Source: Lama guanicoe (Eukaryota). Taken from it: DNA of 64,000 bases. A program made the translations under genes and the position numbers. Position 1 is the stretch's first letter, and each line of letters begins with the position of its first letter. Positions 13,050 through 25,385 of this stretch are shown here, in pieces. Under the pieces are notes generated by a model. It saw only the letters and a program-made list of their open reading frames with translations, made no database searches and had not been told where the DNA came from. Location of the stretch: the NCBI GenBank assembly GCA_013239625.1, contig MU053513.1, forward strand, positions 3,398,927-3,462,926. The letters run 5' to 3'.

Positions 13050-14905
13050 TTTTTTTTTATGGCTTCAATGGGATATATTCACATACCCTAAAATTCACAC
13101 TTTAAAAACACACGATAGTTTTTAGTATACTCATGGAACTATGGGACCATCACAACTATCTAATATTAGAGCATTTCATCATCCCCCAAATAGTCCCATA
13201 CCCGTTAGCAGTCATTCCACATTCCCGCCTTCTCCCATTAATCTACTTTCTGTTCCTATAGATTCTCCTAGTCTGGACAATTCGTATAAATGGAATGATA
13301 GAATATCATTGTGACTGATTTCTTTCACTTATCATATTTTCACAGTTTATCCATGTTGCATTGATGCAAGAAAACAGGTGTGAAGGACTGTGTCCCAGGT
13401 CTCGACTAAGCCCCTGGAACGTGCCCTGCCAAGTCTGGGTCCTTGGCTTCGCCCAGGAAAGAATTCAAGTGCGAGCCACAGTTGAGTGAAAGTAAATTTA
13501 TTTAGAGAGATACACCCTGCATAGAGTGTAAGGCAAGAGAAAGGCAAGGAAAGAGGTGTGAGAATTGGGTGCTCAGGTTAAAGTAAAAGTAGGTACACAC
13601 TCCATAGCGTGCGGGCCATCTCCAAAGGGGAGAGAGTGAAAAAAGGCCACTAGGCATGGTGTTGCCTTTTTGTGGGCTTAGTAGCTTCACGTGCCTACAG
13701 GTGGGATCATTCCAACTGCCCTGGGGAAGGGGCTGGGATTCCCAGGGATTAGGCCACCACCCATTCTTTGGCCTTTTGCGATTAGCCTTGAGATTGTCAT
13801 GGACCTGAGGGCATGTTATTTATCACGCTGTTACAATGAGCATATAATGAAGCTCAAGATCTACTAGAAGTTAGACCTCTTAATCCTTAAGGCCAACTGG
13901 GAGTTGAATCTTCCACCATTTTGGTGAATCTTCCATTTTGGTGTTAAATTGCTGTCGTTCCTTGAGTGGCTGTGCCTTGCCCTCTTCCCTCCTGTCTCAG
14001 CATGTGTCAGGACTTCATTCCTCTTTATGGCTGAATAATATTCCATTGTGTGATTATATATCACATTTCATTTATGCATTCATCAACTGATGAACATTTG
14101 GGTTTTTTCCACTTACTGGCTATTAGGATAAAATGCTGCTATGAAAATTTATGTACATATTTTCATGTGAATGTCTGTGTTCCTTTCTCTTGGGTACATA
14201 CCTAGGAGGGAAGATGCTAGGTCATATGATAATCCTATGTTTAACATCTGAAGAGTTGTCAATTGATTTCCAAAGAAGCCACATCAACTTTACATTCCCA
14301 CCAGCAGTATATGAAGATTCCAATTTCTTTACATCCTTCTCAACACTTGTCTGTCCTTTTGATTACAGCCATTCTAGGAGATGATAAATGCTATTTCTTT
14401 GTGGTTTTGATTTGTATTTTCCTGATGACTAAAGATGTCTAGCTCCTGTTCATGTGCTTATTGATCATTTGTATATCTTCTTTGAAGAAATGGCCACTCA
14501 GATCCTTTGCTCATTTTAAAATTTGGTTACCTTTTTATTACTGAGTTGTAAGTGTTATTTACATATTATAGATATAAGTCCCTTATTAGGTATGTTATTT
14601 GCAAATATATTCTCCCATTTTGTGGGCTATCTTTTTCTCTTTTTTGATGGTATCTTTTGAAAAAGATTTTAGTTTATAAGTGGAGTCCAATTTATCAACT
14701 TTTCTTTTGTTGCTTGTGCTTCTATTATAACTAAGAAGGCTTTGCCTAACCCAAGATCATAAAAATTTAATGTTTTCTAAGAGTTTTATAGTTTTACTTC
14801 TTACGTTTAGGTCTATGATCCCTTTTGAGTAAATTTTGTGTGCAGTGTGAAATAAAGAGTGCAACTTCATAATTTTGCATGTGGATATTCAGTTGTGACA
14901 GTGTC
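13050..14905 (-). mobile_element. Old L1M-type 3' fragment (ORF2 end plus 3'UTR), interrupted by LTR copy B
   Basis: T-tail at ~13050; HTMEYYSAIKRNE translation; cccaccagcagtatatg L1 motif. Confidence 0.85.
13362..13999 (-). mobile_element. Solo ERV LTR, copy B, inserted in an old L1 3' end
   Basis: TG...CA termini; perfect TSD GCAT (13358-13361 and 14000-14003). Confidence 0.92.
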
Positions 14906-15759
14906 TTATATTGTATATCTAATCTAAAGCCAGGAAGAGTTTTTTCAATTAAAAGAAATTATTCGAATCCATGGTACTTGATATTGTATGTAAGGCCTCA
15001 TATTCTGGAACCAATTGTTTGGTGGCTTAATTGAAAATCTTTCACTTTTTTGTAAAATACCATTTTCATTTTTAGTCTTTTCCTGAAAACTTTCTAATCT
15101 AATTTCCATGAATAAAATATTTTATTATCTCTCCATATAAATTATTTCTATGTGGTCAAAAATCCAAGCTAATTTATGATTGGCCAAAGTTACAAGCTGC
15201 ATCCTGTTACAAATCATTAAAACAATATGTGTTGGACATTTGATTCTGATTCTAGGTGGTTGCTTTCATGGATTGTTTTGTTTTGTTTTGTTTTACTATT
15301 GAGGGGAAACTTATTTTTTCCAAATTCTTTATGCAATTGTTGAAATTATGCCCTAAAATAGTCTACTTTATTATCTATAGATTTTCTTACACAAAGAACA
15401 GCTTTTAAACTTTGCTGCAGCAAATTTCAATTGCTATTTATTGTACAATTTGCAATGTACCTTCTTCCAGGCTCTTTTTTCTTTATCATTCCAATCATAT
15501 TACTAGTTTCTTTATCTCTATTTGATTGTACATTATATTATGCCTTCATACAGAATTTAAAATGTGTGCATAATTATGTTTTTAAATTATAAAATAATTT
15601 AATTACAATATAATTTAAAATTATAAGTATTTCAATTTATTTACCACTTATAGTTTACTTAGATACCACTATAACTTGTGCTGCTTGAATAATATAATAG
15701 ATACATTACAATGTTGCATTAGCACTAGAAAAAAACCACTTGGAAACAAATCAATTCAT

Positions 15760-15870
15760 TGGTACAGACTAAATGGGTATATATGGGAGAGACAGAGAAA
15801 GATCGATTGATTCACTACAGGGAATTGTCTCATTTGATAATGGAAGCTGTTAAGTCCCAAAATCTACACT
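15760..15870. mobile_element. MLT2/ERVL-like LTR fragment
   Basis: ggaattgtctcatttgataatggaagctg..aagtcccaaaatct motif recalled from MLT2. Confidence 0.5.
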
Positions 15871-17736
15871 TGTTAGCCAATAGAGAGACCCCTAAATTAG
15901 AAGGCCCACCAAAGTGTGGGTCCTTGCCACTCTTGCCAGAAAACTGGCCTCTATACCCCAACAGCCGAATTGAGGGTCGGAGGCAGCAGCAAAGGGAGTC
16001 ACAGCAGGTCAGTGCCTTAGAGACTGTGAGCCCATAATGGGGTTGGGCTCTTGAGGATTTATAGAAAAAGTGGTAACAATTAGGGCATTTTACAAGGTGC
16101 TACATTCCTCTTAAATTCAATGAATCTTCAGGAGGAAGTCAGGAGGGTCTGTTCATTCTTCTGAGATCATCAGCCTGTGATCTCCTTCCTGGAGCATAGC
16201 CTCTGGGTTAAAGTTATTCTCAGTAAAGAATGAATCAGCAGTTTTTTAATCAGTCCGCAGAGAGTTTGTTTGCTTTAAACTCCTTAACTACTGGCTGTGA
16301 AAAATTTTGCAGCAAAGGCAGAGGGACAAAGTGAATGGCTGCTTTATTTCTCAAAATAAGAAAAGGAAAGAAAGCTCTCAAGCTAGGAAAAAGCGTTCGA
16401 GTGGGGAGCCATCGGCCAAGACGGCCAGTGGAGACAGCTCCCTCTATCACTAAGGCCACGTGAACTTTTATGTGAGGCTTCCTTCATCATGTCCTTGTTC
16501 TGGGTGCGCTGGTGCCAATTGCCTTGTCTTCTGTCCTAGTACTCGTTTTTCCTGTTGTCACAGCGATCATCAACTGTCATGGTGCTGGGGGGTGTGTCAG
16601 TTAGCATGCTAATGAGCATATAATGAGGCTCAAGGTCCACTGGAAGTCAAATCCTCTGCCATCTTGGACTCCACAGTTCTAACCAGTTCTTGTTTCTTCT
16701 CTTTGCAGCTGCCTCCTGAGACTTAGATAAGAATACTTGGTTTCTATTTGAGGAAGAGGTAGGGGTATGATCCCGGGGTGGGGGGTGGGGGGAACAGCCT
16801 TGGTAACAAAAAGGAAAGTTACTTTTAATCAGAATGCTGGCAATCTGGTGGGCCCAATGTCCTGCAGTTAAAAACCATCTAAGGCCTGAGAGGCTTCAGC
16901 TTTTCTATAAATAAGAGGCAGGGGTTGGGGTTGGAGGCAGTGGGGGTGGGGGGACCTTAGTTCCTGCAGAAGAACTTAAAAGATATTGCTATGTGTATTC
17001 CTTGAGAAGGTACCAGGACCCTGTCCCAAGGCTGCACTATTATTTCTCAGCTGCTCCTCCTTTGTTTCTGCATTCCCTCCATCTGCTGATTAGCAACTGT
17101 TTGAATCTGCCCTTTGGAATGCAGGGAAGGTGAAGGAGGCTAAATGAAGCCTATTTCCTACAAACAAGAAACGAGGGACAGGGAAAGATTCATACCAGGG
17201 AGGACCCCATGAAAGAGTCACAAGATGGCTTCCCTAACGCTAAGGCAGCTTTAAGAATTTATTGTGATCCATTAGCTTGCTTTCTTTGAGTTACTTCTAA
17301 CTGACTAACCTGTTTTTCCTCCTTGTTACTGCTATTGTTTAACTTGTCTGAGTGACAATGGGCTTAGCAATCCCAACCCTATGATTTATGCCCTACCCTA
17401 AATAACTTGTACCTAAACCCAGGATTTATTTTCCAGAAAGAAAAGAAGGTCACAGAACAATAAACCTGAAGGAACAGCCAGATCTTCCAGGAGCCCCAGG
17501 AGTCCCTTCAGGACAGATGCAGGAAAACAGATGTGGGGCATGAGGAAGGCTGTGTCCCAGGTCTCGGTTGAGCCCCTAGGATGTGCCCTGCCAAGTGTGG
17601 GTCCTTGGCTTCATGCAGGAAAGAATTCAAGAGCAAGCCACAGTTGAGTGAAGGTAGATTTAGTCAGAGATACATTGAAAGGCAAGAGAAAGGCCATGAG
17701 ATGGTTGGGTGCTCAGATTAAAAGTAGGTACACACT

Positions 17737-20572
17737 GCACTTTCCGGCGAGAGGCAAGATGGCAGAGTAGAAGGATATTTGTAGCTCACTCTCTCCCACA
17801 AGTACACCAAAACTCACTCAGCCAACCAGAGCAGCTGCCGAACTCCGACAGAGCATTGGCCTCTTCGAAAGACAAAGACACCAAAAATCTGGTAGGAGAG
17901 GGGGAAAAAAGAAAGAAGAAAAGGCAAAACAGTGTGGGACCAGTCCCGCAGGGAGGGAGTGGCAAAGGAGGACTGGCGCTCATTTGCTGGGTCTCCCCTC
18001 TCCTACGGAGAGGTCAGTGGGATGGAGGGGGAGCCTCCGAGTCTCAGATCTGCCCTGAGCACCCCTTGACCAAAAGAACTAAGTTAAACGGGCACAAAGT
18101 GTCCCCGCGACACCCAGCCCGAGACGCGAGCTGGCAGCTGGGGGCCGCGACAGGCTGCCCAAGCTGGGCAGAGGACTCAGGTGGCTACACTGAGGCAGCC
18201 CTGGGGACTGCAAGGTGCTGCGCATCGTGGCTGGGAGGGGATACGGAGCAGAACAACCTCAGTCCCCCATAAATTGTGAAGAAAACAAAATAACCTGGCT
18301 GGTGTGCCCTGGGGGAAGGGGCACCATAGCCTTTGTTTCCTCAGACCTGTGGCGCCATTACTGGTGCTTCTCATGAGAAGAGAGGCGGGGTGCAGCCACA
18401 GCCACTGTCTCCTCCTGTGTGAGCACCCAGGCGGGGGCAGGGCTAAGCCCTGAATCTGCACCGGGGGCTCTGCAACTTTCTAGACAGGACTGAGACTTGT
18501 TTACAGCCTGCGACAGATAGGATCTTTCTGCCCTGGTACCTCAGAGAACTCACACTGCCAAAACAAACAAGGAGCTGAGTTTTGGCATGGAGCAGGGGCG
18601 GGGCTGTTCCCCAGTCTTCCCCGAGCCCGCCTTTGGAGCACTGACCCCAGGCAAAGTGGGCAGCTACACAGTGCAGCAGAGCGACTGGCACTGGGAGAGG
18701 GCAGGCGGCCACCCACCTTCCTGGCAGGAACGCAGCACCTGACCATGGTGCTGGGAGGGGGCGCGATCCTCCCACCAGCCTCACCCAAGCGCAGCATCTG
18801 ACTGTGGCATCAGGAGGGGGAGTGACCCACCCACCCACCAGCCACAGTGGCAGAGAGATATGAGCAATATGAAGAAGCAGAGGAACCACTCCCAATTAAA
18901 AGAGCAAGAGAAATCCCCTGAAAGCACGATCAAGGAAATAGACATTGATGGCCTACTAGATCAAGATTTCAAAAAAGGACTGATCAAAGTACTGAAGGAA
19001 CTAAAAGAAATAGTGTTTAGAGATATAAAATATGTCAAAAATGAAATAGAAGCTATAAAGAAGAACCAAGTAGAATCAGTAAACTCATTTGCTGAGATGA
19101 GAGCTGACCTAAAGGCTATATAAAGCAGGCTAGATAATGCAGAGGAACGAATAAGTGACCTGGAATACAGGACAAGAGAAAACATCCAATTAGAACACCT
19201 GAGAGAAAAACAAATGAAAAACAATGAAAACAATATAAGGGACCTGTGGGATAACATAAAGTGTGCCAATCTACACATAAGAGGGGTTCCAGGAGAGGAA
19301 GAAAGAACAAAGGGGATTGAAAAGGTATTTGAAGAAATCATGACTGAAAACTTCCCAAACCTAAAGAAGGAATCAGATATCCAAGTACAGGAGGCTCAGA
19401 GGATCCCAAACAGGAAAAACCCAAACAGACCCACACCAAGACATATAATCAAGATGGCCAGAGGCAAGGATAAAGAAATGATCCTAAAGGTAGCAAGAGA
19501 AAAACAAAGAGTGAGTTACAAGGGAACCCCCATAAGGCTCTCAGCTGATTTCTCTGCACAAACACTACAGGCCAGAAAGGAGTGGCAAGATATATTCAAA
19601 GTCCTGAATGAAAGAAAGATGCAGCCTAGGATACTCTATCCAGCAAGGCTATCCTTTAGAATAGAAGGAGAGATAAAGAACTTCACAGACAAGCAAAACT
19701 AAAAGAGTTTAGCAACACTAAACCCATGCTAAAAGAAATATTGGCAGGTCTACTCTAAATAGAAAAGAAGCAGGATGCTACAAAAATAAGAAACTCGTAA
19801 CTGGAAAGGTAATAACTACCATGAATTACAAAAAGAATAAACACAAAAGTGTAAAAGAAGACATCTAAATCATTAAGAGTGGGAGAGGAAAGCAAAGAAA
19901 GCCACTGTGGAAAACAGTATGGGGAGTCATCAAAAGACTAGGAATGGACTTACCATATGACCGAGGAATCTTGCTCCTGGGCATATATCCAGAGGGAACC
20001 CTACTTCAAGGTGATACCTGCACCCCAGTGTTCATGGCAGCACTATTTACAGTAGGTAAGATATGGAAACAGCCTGGGGGTCCATCAGGAGATGACTGGA
20101 TGAAGACGATGTGGTATGTTTATACAATGGAATAATATTCAGCCACGAAAACTGACAGCATAACGCCATTTGCAGCAACATGGATGTTCCTGGAGAATGT
20201 CATTCTAGGTGGAGTGGGCCAGAGGGAGAAAGAAAAATACCATATGAGATCACTCATACGTGGAATCTAAAACAAAAACAAAAACAAAACATAAATACAG
20301 AATGGGGGCAGACTCATAGAAAGCAAACTAGTGGTTGTGAGGGGGTCGGGAGTGGGAAGAGACAGAATGGGATTTTAAAATGTAGAATAGATAAACAAGA
20401 TTGTACTGTATAGCAAAGGGAAATATATACAAGTTCTTGTAGCTCACAGCAAAAAAAAAAATGTAACAATGAATATATGTATGTTCATGTATGGCTGAGG
20501 GATTGTGCTCTATGCTGGAATTTGACACATTGTAGGATCACTATTACTCAATAGACAAATGTTAAAAAAAAA
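17737..20572 (+). mobile_element. Non-autonomous L1 derivative: 5'UTR, ORF1, ORF2 tail/3'UTR, poly(A); ORF2 almost entirely absent
   Basis: 17-bp TSD AAAAGTAGGTACACACT (17720-17736 and 20573-20589) at a TT/AAAA site; AAGATGGC near the 5' end; junction at ~19900. Confidence 0.93.
18860..19758 (+). pseudogene. L1 ORF1p, disrupted (in-frame TAA at 19121-19123; 1-nt frameshift near 19697)
   Basis: Coiled-coil N-terminus, then LWDNIK, ENFPNL, RPTPRHII, PIRLSADFS and YPARLSF motifs; the two listed ORFs share one frame. Confidence 0.92.
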
Positions 20573-22110
20573 AAAAGTAGGTACACACTCCATAGACAGA
20601 ATGTGAGCCGTCTCTGAAGACGGAGACAGAGGGCCGCCACGAGGCGCTGTGTTGCTGGTTTTTATGGGCTTGGTGGCTTCATATGCTAATAAGTGGAAGA
20701 ACCAGTCTAAGTAGCCTGGGGAAGAGGCTGAGGGGTTCCCAAGAAGTAGGCCACTTCCCAGTCTTTGACCTTTTGTGGCTAGCCTTGGGACGCCATTGCC
20801 ATGGGCGTATAATGAAGCTCAGGATCTACTAGAAGTTAAATCTCTCATCATCCTGAGCCTCAAGGCCTACTGGGAGTTGAGTCTTTCACCACTTTGATGT
20901 TAATTGCTGTAGTATTCCTTGAATGGCTGTGCCCTGCCCCCTTCCATCCTGTCTCAACACTAGGAGAATAAAGATAGGTCATGGGTGATGACCTTTTTAA
21001 AGAACTACCAAAGTTCCTATTAAGCTAGATAGACCTTTTGTAAAGGACTCTGGAGGACTGGGGGGGGGGCTATCTGTAAAAAAAAAAATGAAAGATAGTA
21101 CACTCCCAAGATTGGGGTGGGCCGATCCAACAGAGGAAAAATGGGGCCGATTCTTTGTTTTTCCTGTTTTTAGATCCTGGTTCGTGACTGAGTGATGATT
21201 GATTGATTGATTGATTGATAGCTCAGGTTCCCTGTGCTATGGTTGATTGACAGTTCAGGTTCCTTGTGTTCTGGATTGTTGCTTTCCCCTTCCTCTCCCC
21301 CTGCCCAGTGCTCATTTCTATCTAAACTACGTAACACAACAATGATGTCATACATCCCCTCTTAGGGAGGACAAAATTTTCCTCTACCCTTCTAGATTCT
21401 TCTGGTTGGTCTAAGAGTTAAACTGACATGAGACAGACTGACAGGAGAAAATCAAACAAAGCTTTATAACATGTATGTATTGGATAGACCCGGAAACCTG
21501 AGCCACTCCCCAGCATGGCTGACATCCGCGCTTTAAATACCGTACTCAGCTCAAGACAAAAGAAGATGCTGACTGTGGGCAGAGTTAGTTATGAGAGGGT
21601 TGTTCACTTATGGTTGAGGGACTGTCCTCCACGCTGGGATTTGACATGACATTGTAGGATGACTATTACTCAATAGACAAATGTTAAAAAAAAAAAAAAG
21701 TAGGTACACACTCCATAGACAGAATGTGAGCCGTCTCTGAAGAGGGAGAGAGAGGGCCACCACGAGGCGCTGTGTTGCTGTGCAGGAAAAGCACAGTAAA
21801 CACGGATTCTTATCTAGATTTAAAGTTCATTAGTGGAAAAATAATAAAAACAAGAACTACATTAGCAAAATAAAGCAAGCCATTTATTATATGATTACAA
21901 TGCCTCAGGCACAGTGTTAATCATTTTACCTACTCCATTTTAGTCACTCCTTACAACAGATCTAGGAAACGAGGTACTATTGGAATTCTAGTTCAGATCA
22001 CAGGGCTTAGAGGCTAAGTAGTGGGTTTAAGACCATGTTTCTAATGAATGATAGTATCAGGCATTAAACTCAGGTCTGTCCAATGCTCTTACATGTCTGC
22101 TTATGTTACT

Positions 22111-22591
22111 TAATGAACAAAACTCTTGACTTAAAAAAATGCACAACCTAAAAGTTGAGAATTATGTTTTATTCAGGGCATGATTGAGGATTATAGCCTG
22201 GAAACAGCCTCTCAGCTCTGAGGAACAGGTTTGAAGAGGTAAGGGAGGAGTCAAGATATATAGGAGCTTTGGCAAGGAAAAAAAAAAACAGGTAGTCAAA
22301 TCTCAAACGATTACTGCTAATTATAGAAACAAAACCAAAACCAAAACAAAACAAAAACAACCCCAGATATCTTAAATTAATGAATTTAACATTTTCTCTC
22401 TATGGGAAGATGCAAGAGTCTGGGTTTATTGAAATTATTCCTTTGATATGCACCTTAACTCTGTGAGACCAGTATCCTGTTTTTCTCCATCCTGAATCTC
22501 CTGGGTGCTCTGGGAGCAGGGCAGTGGCTGATGGCTTTATGACTGCAACACCCTTTGTTTACAGAAGTGGCAGGCCACATTTTTGTCCACA
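22111..22591 (-). mobile_element. Solo ERV LTR
   Basis: Inverted termini taatgaacaaaa / ttttgtccaca; flanking TTACT duplication; TTTATT near left end. Confidence 0.75.
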
Positions 22592-23027
22592 TTACTTTGG
22601 GAAGTCTTTACAAACAGTATTATGTAACATTTATGGATCATTTACTATGTGTCAGACCTTACAGGGCTTTTCATGAATACAATAATATAATTCTTGCAAC
22701 AGTCTTATGAAGGAGGAATTGGAATCACCATTGTTTTATATATGTGATGATGGTACAGAAAAGTGGTCTCACAGCTAGTAAACGGCAGAGTCAGAATTTG
22801 AACTCAAGTCATCTGACCCAAAGCCTGCACTCTTAATAGTCACATTATTTATACATTGTATTTAACAAACATTTACTCAGAAATTACTCTGTGCCAAGCA
22901 TGTGCACAGTGCAGAGATTTAAAGGTAGAGAAGAGTGTGCATGTCTTTTTTAGGACCTTAGTGTACTAGAACGAACAAATAAGAAAATTTTGTCTTTGGT
23001 ATGAAAATTATTAAAAAGAACTACCAC

Positions 23028-23494
23028 TGTTACTGAACCAAACTTGAGGCTTCTTGCCCGTGCACAGTAAAGCCAATCTACTGACTCTGGTTTGTGGTGA
23101 AAGAAAGTGCAGCATTTATTACAAGTCACCAGACAAGGGGTCTGGGGCAGCTCATGCTCTAAGAGCCCAAACTCCACCATGGGTTTCAGGAAAACATTTT
23201 TAAAGGCAAGATGAGAGAGAGGGGTTGCCGGGTATGTGATCAGCTCATGCACAGTTCTGTTTGATTGGTGATGAGGTAACAGGATATTGTCACAGGAGTC
23301 AGGCTCCAGTAGGTTGGAGACTATGTACCCATGGTTGTCAAGTAATTACCATCTTCCATTTAGTGGGAGTTGTCAAACTCAGGAAATGTGCATCAGATAC
23401 TGTTATCTATGCACTTCAGAGAAGAGCTATAGCAGACGGCATGAGGGGAGAGGTCTGCCCCAGGGAGGGCCCCATAGCATTCTGCTTGGTTACA
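23028..23494 (-). mobile_element. Solo ERV LTR
   Basis: TGTTAC...GTTACA termini; perfect TSD CCAC; AATAAA on minus strand at ~23115. Confidence 0.87.
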
Positions 23495-23604
23495 CCACCA
23501 CCACTGAACAGTAAGAATAATGAGGACTTGCTTTTTTTCAGGTACTGTTCTAAGTCATTTGCAGGCATTAATTCACTTAGTCTTACAACAATCTTGCAAG
23601 GTTG

Positions 23605-23608
<4 letters not shown>

Positions 23609-23657
<49 letters not shown>

Positions 23658-23668
23658 CATCATCATCA
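23609..23668. repeat. Compound (TTA)n(TCA)n microsatellite inside a MIR
   Basis: Read directly from the sequence. Confidence 0.95.
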
Positions 23669-25385
23669 TTTTCACAACAGGAAACCGGGACTAGAGATGT
23701 TAAGATGTTAAATCCAAGCTATGGAAGAACTGACTTATGAACAAAATCTGACTCCAGAACCCAAGTGCCTAAATGAATATTACCTATGGGTTGTAGAATT
23801 TCAATTTTTCTGGAGTGTGAGCAAGTGGTATTACATACAGCAGAATTAAAAACTGGGTTTAGATAATTTTAGGAACTTAGAGATATGATCGTCATTCTGA
23901 AATGAGACTCAAGCAGATGCAGTTACTAGAATGGTCAGCAGAGGGTGAAGGGAGGCAGCATTTGGAAGGTACTGCTACACTAAAATGGGGTAAACTGCAG
24001 AATTCATAATCTCTGAAGTCCCTCTTGCTCTGACATTCTGTGATGATACTTATCTGAATTTCATTAGTTCAGTGCAATATAAAACACAATTGAAAAGTAG
24101 TCCATTCATATATATATATTTAGAGACAGAGACAGAGAAAGAGAGATAAGATGATTTTTATCTGATTTAACATATTTTTTGAATACTTATTGAAATGCTA
24201 GTTAATACCTCCTCTAAACAAATAAGTGTAAGATGATCTATATCCCTAAAGAGCTCAGGGTCTCACTGAAGAGGCAAGATACATCAAAAATTTAAATGGT
24301 GACATAAAACAGAGTTTTGGAGGAGTTCAGAGACAAGGAGAAATTAATGGGGTTGAAATGGGACTGGACTAATTCATGGAAAAGTTAGTCTTGTTCCAGT
24401 ACTGAAAAGTGGGTAGAATGTACATAGGTAGAAAGGAAGAAGGTGGAAATTTGCATTTCCTTAAAATTAAATTCAATTCCCAAGCACTTATGTGCTCTCT
24501 TCAGTGAGCAAGTCACCATCCCAGGCACTGCAGAGAAAATGCGAATAGGGGACAGTGTCTCTGGCTGAAGGAAGTTACAGACACCTCATCAGTAATTATA
24601 TGCATCAGGGTATAGTAGACAAATCTCAGGATGCTCTACTGGAGGCCCCCAAAGGTGGCAGCAAAATGATATGTGCCTCTCCTTTTGAAGATAGGTACCA
24701 GACCATTCATGTAGACATTCTAAGTGTACTGTCTTTAAGTAGTTCTACCAGCTTTCGCTGTTCCCCTATCTCCAGTCTACATACAAAGCTGAGGTTGAAG
24801 AGAAAGGGATTTCCCTGGAGAGGAGGTGCCGGAGCACTTTGCATTTCACGCACCTTCCTATCCACTTCTGAAGGGGAAGGAGAAGAGTGCCTCCCTCTGT
24901 GGTAGGAATCCTTAAGTAGACACGGTTGGGAACTCCTCAGCACCACAACACTTACTCAGAGGAGATGGCTCCAGTGCAGGTACAGCAAGAATTTCAGAGT
25001 CTGGAGAATATGGCTCCCTGGACAGCAGAGTTATTGCCTCCTGCTGGAGGTCTAAGTTGTTTCTGGGTGTTGATATAGCTGGCATGAAGTCTGCATCCTC
25101 CTCTGACCTGGAAAACTGGCAGGCTGCCAATTCCAGCAAACTCTGGATGGGCTTCTGTGGATTGTACATGAGCATGGGGAGCTGCATCCACTGACCTCTT
25201 GCTTTATTTTTATCAGCAGCAGTATATTTACTGCTTTGGGAGTAAACAGAAGTAAAAGAAACCTTGAATTAAAAAGTATATATATATTGAGTAGACCAAG
25301 CTGTCTTTTCACTCGTCCTTGAACTTGGGCCTGACAAATTGCCTGATATTACTGTTGCTACTACTACTGGTACTGCTACCACCAC

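Larger units (their letters stand above)
17515..20956 (-). mobile_element. Solo ERV LTR, copy C, split by an L1-derived insertion (LTR parts 17515-17736 and 20573-20956)
   Basis: Collinear with copies A and B on both sides of the insertion; ends cctgtctca. Confidence 0.88.
15871..21830. mobile_element. Nested cluster of several ERV LTRs and fragments (internal boundaries approximate)
   Basis: Several TGTT/AACA termini; segments homologous to LTR A/B (16600-16670) and to the LTR at 59598 (21090-21140); hosts LTR C and the L1 derivative. Confidence 0.65.

Noticed and set aside
12167..13999. LTR A and LTR B as the two ends of one deleted provirus
   Set aside because: Each has its own TSD, and the 562 bp between them is host and L1 sequence
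23261..23740. 159-aa ORF with poly-Leu/Ser and overlapping poly-Tyr/His ORF
   Set aside because: Read-through of LTR, MIR and (TTA)n microsatellite
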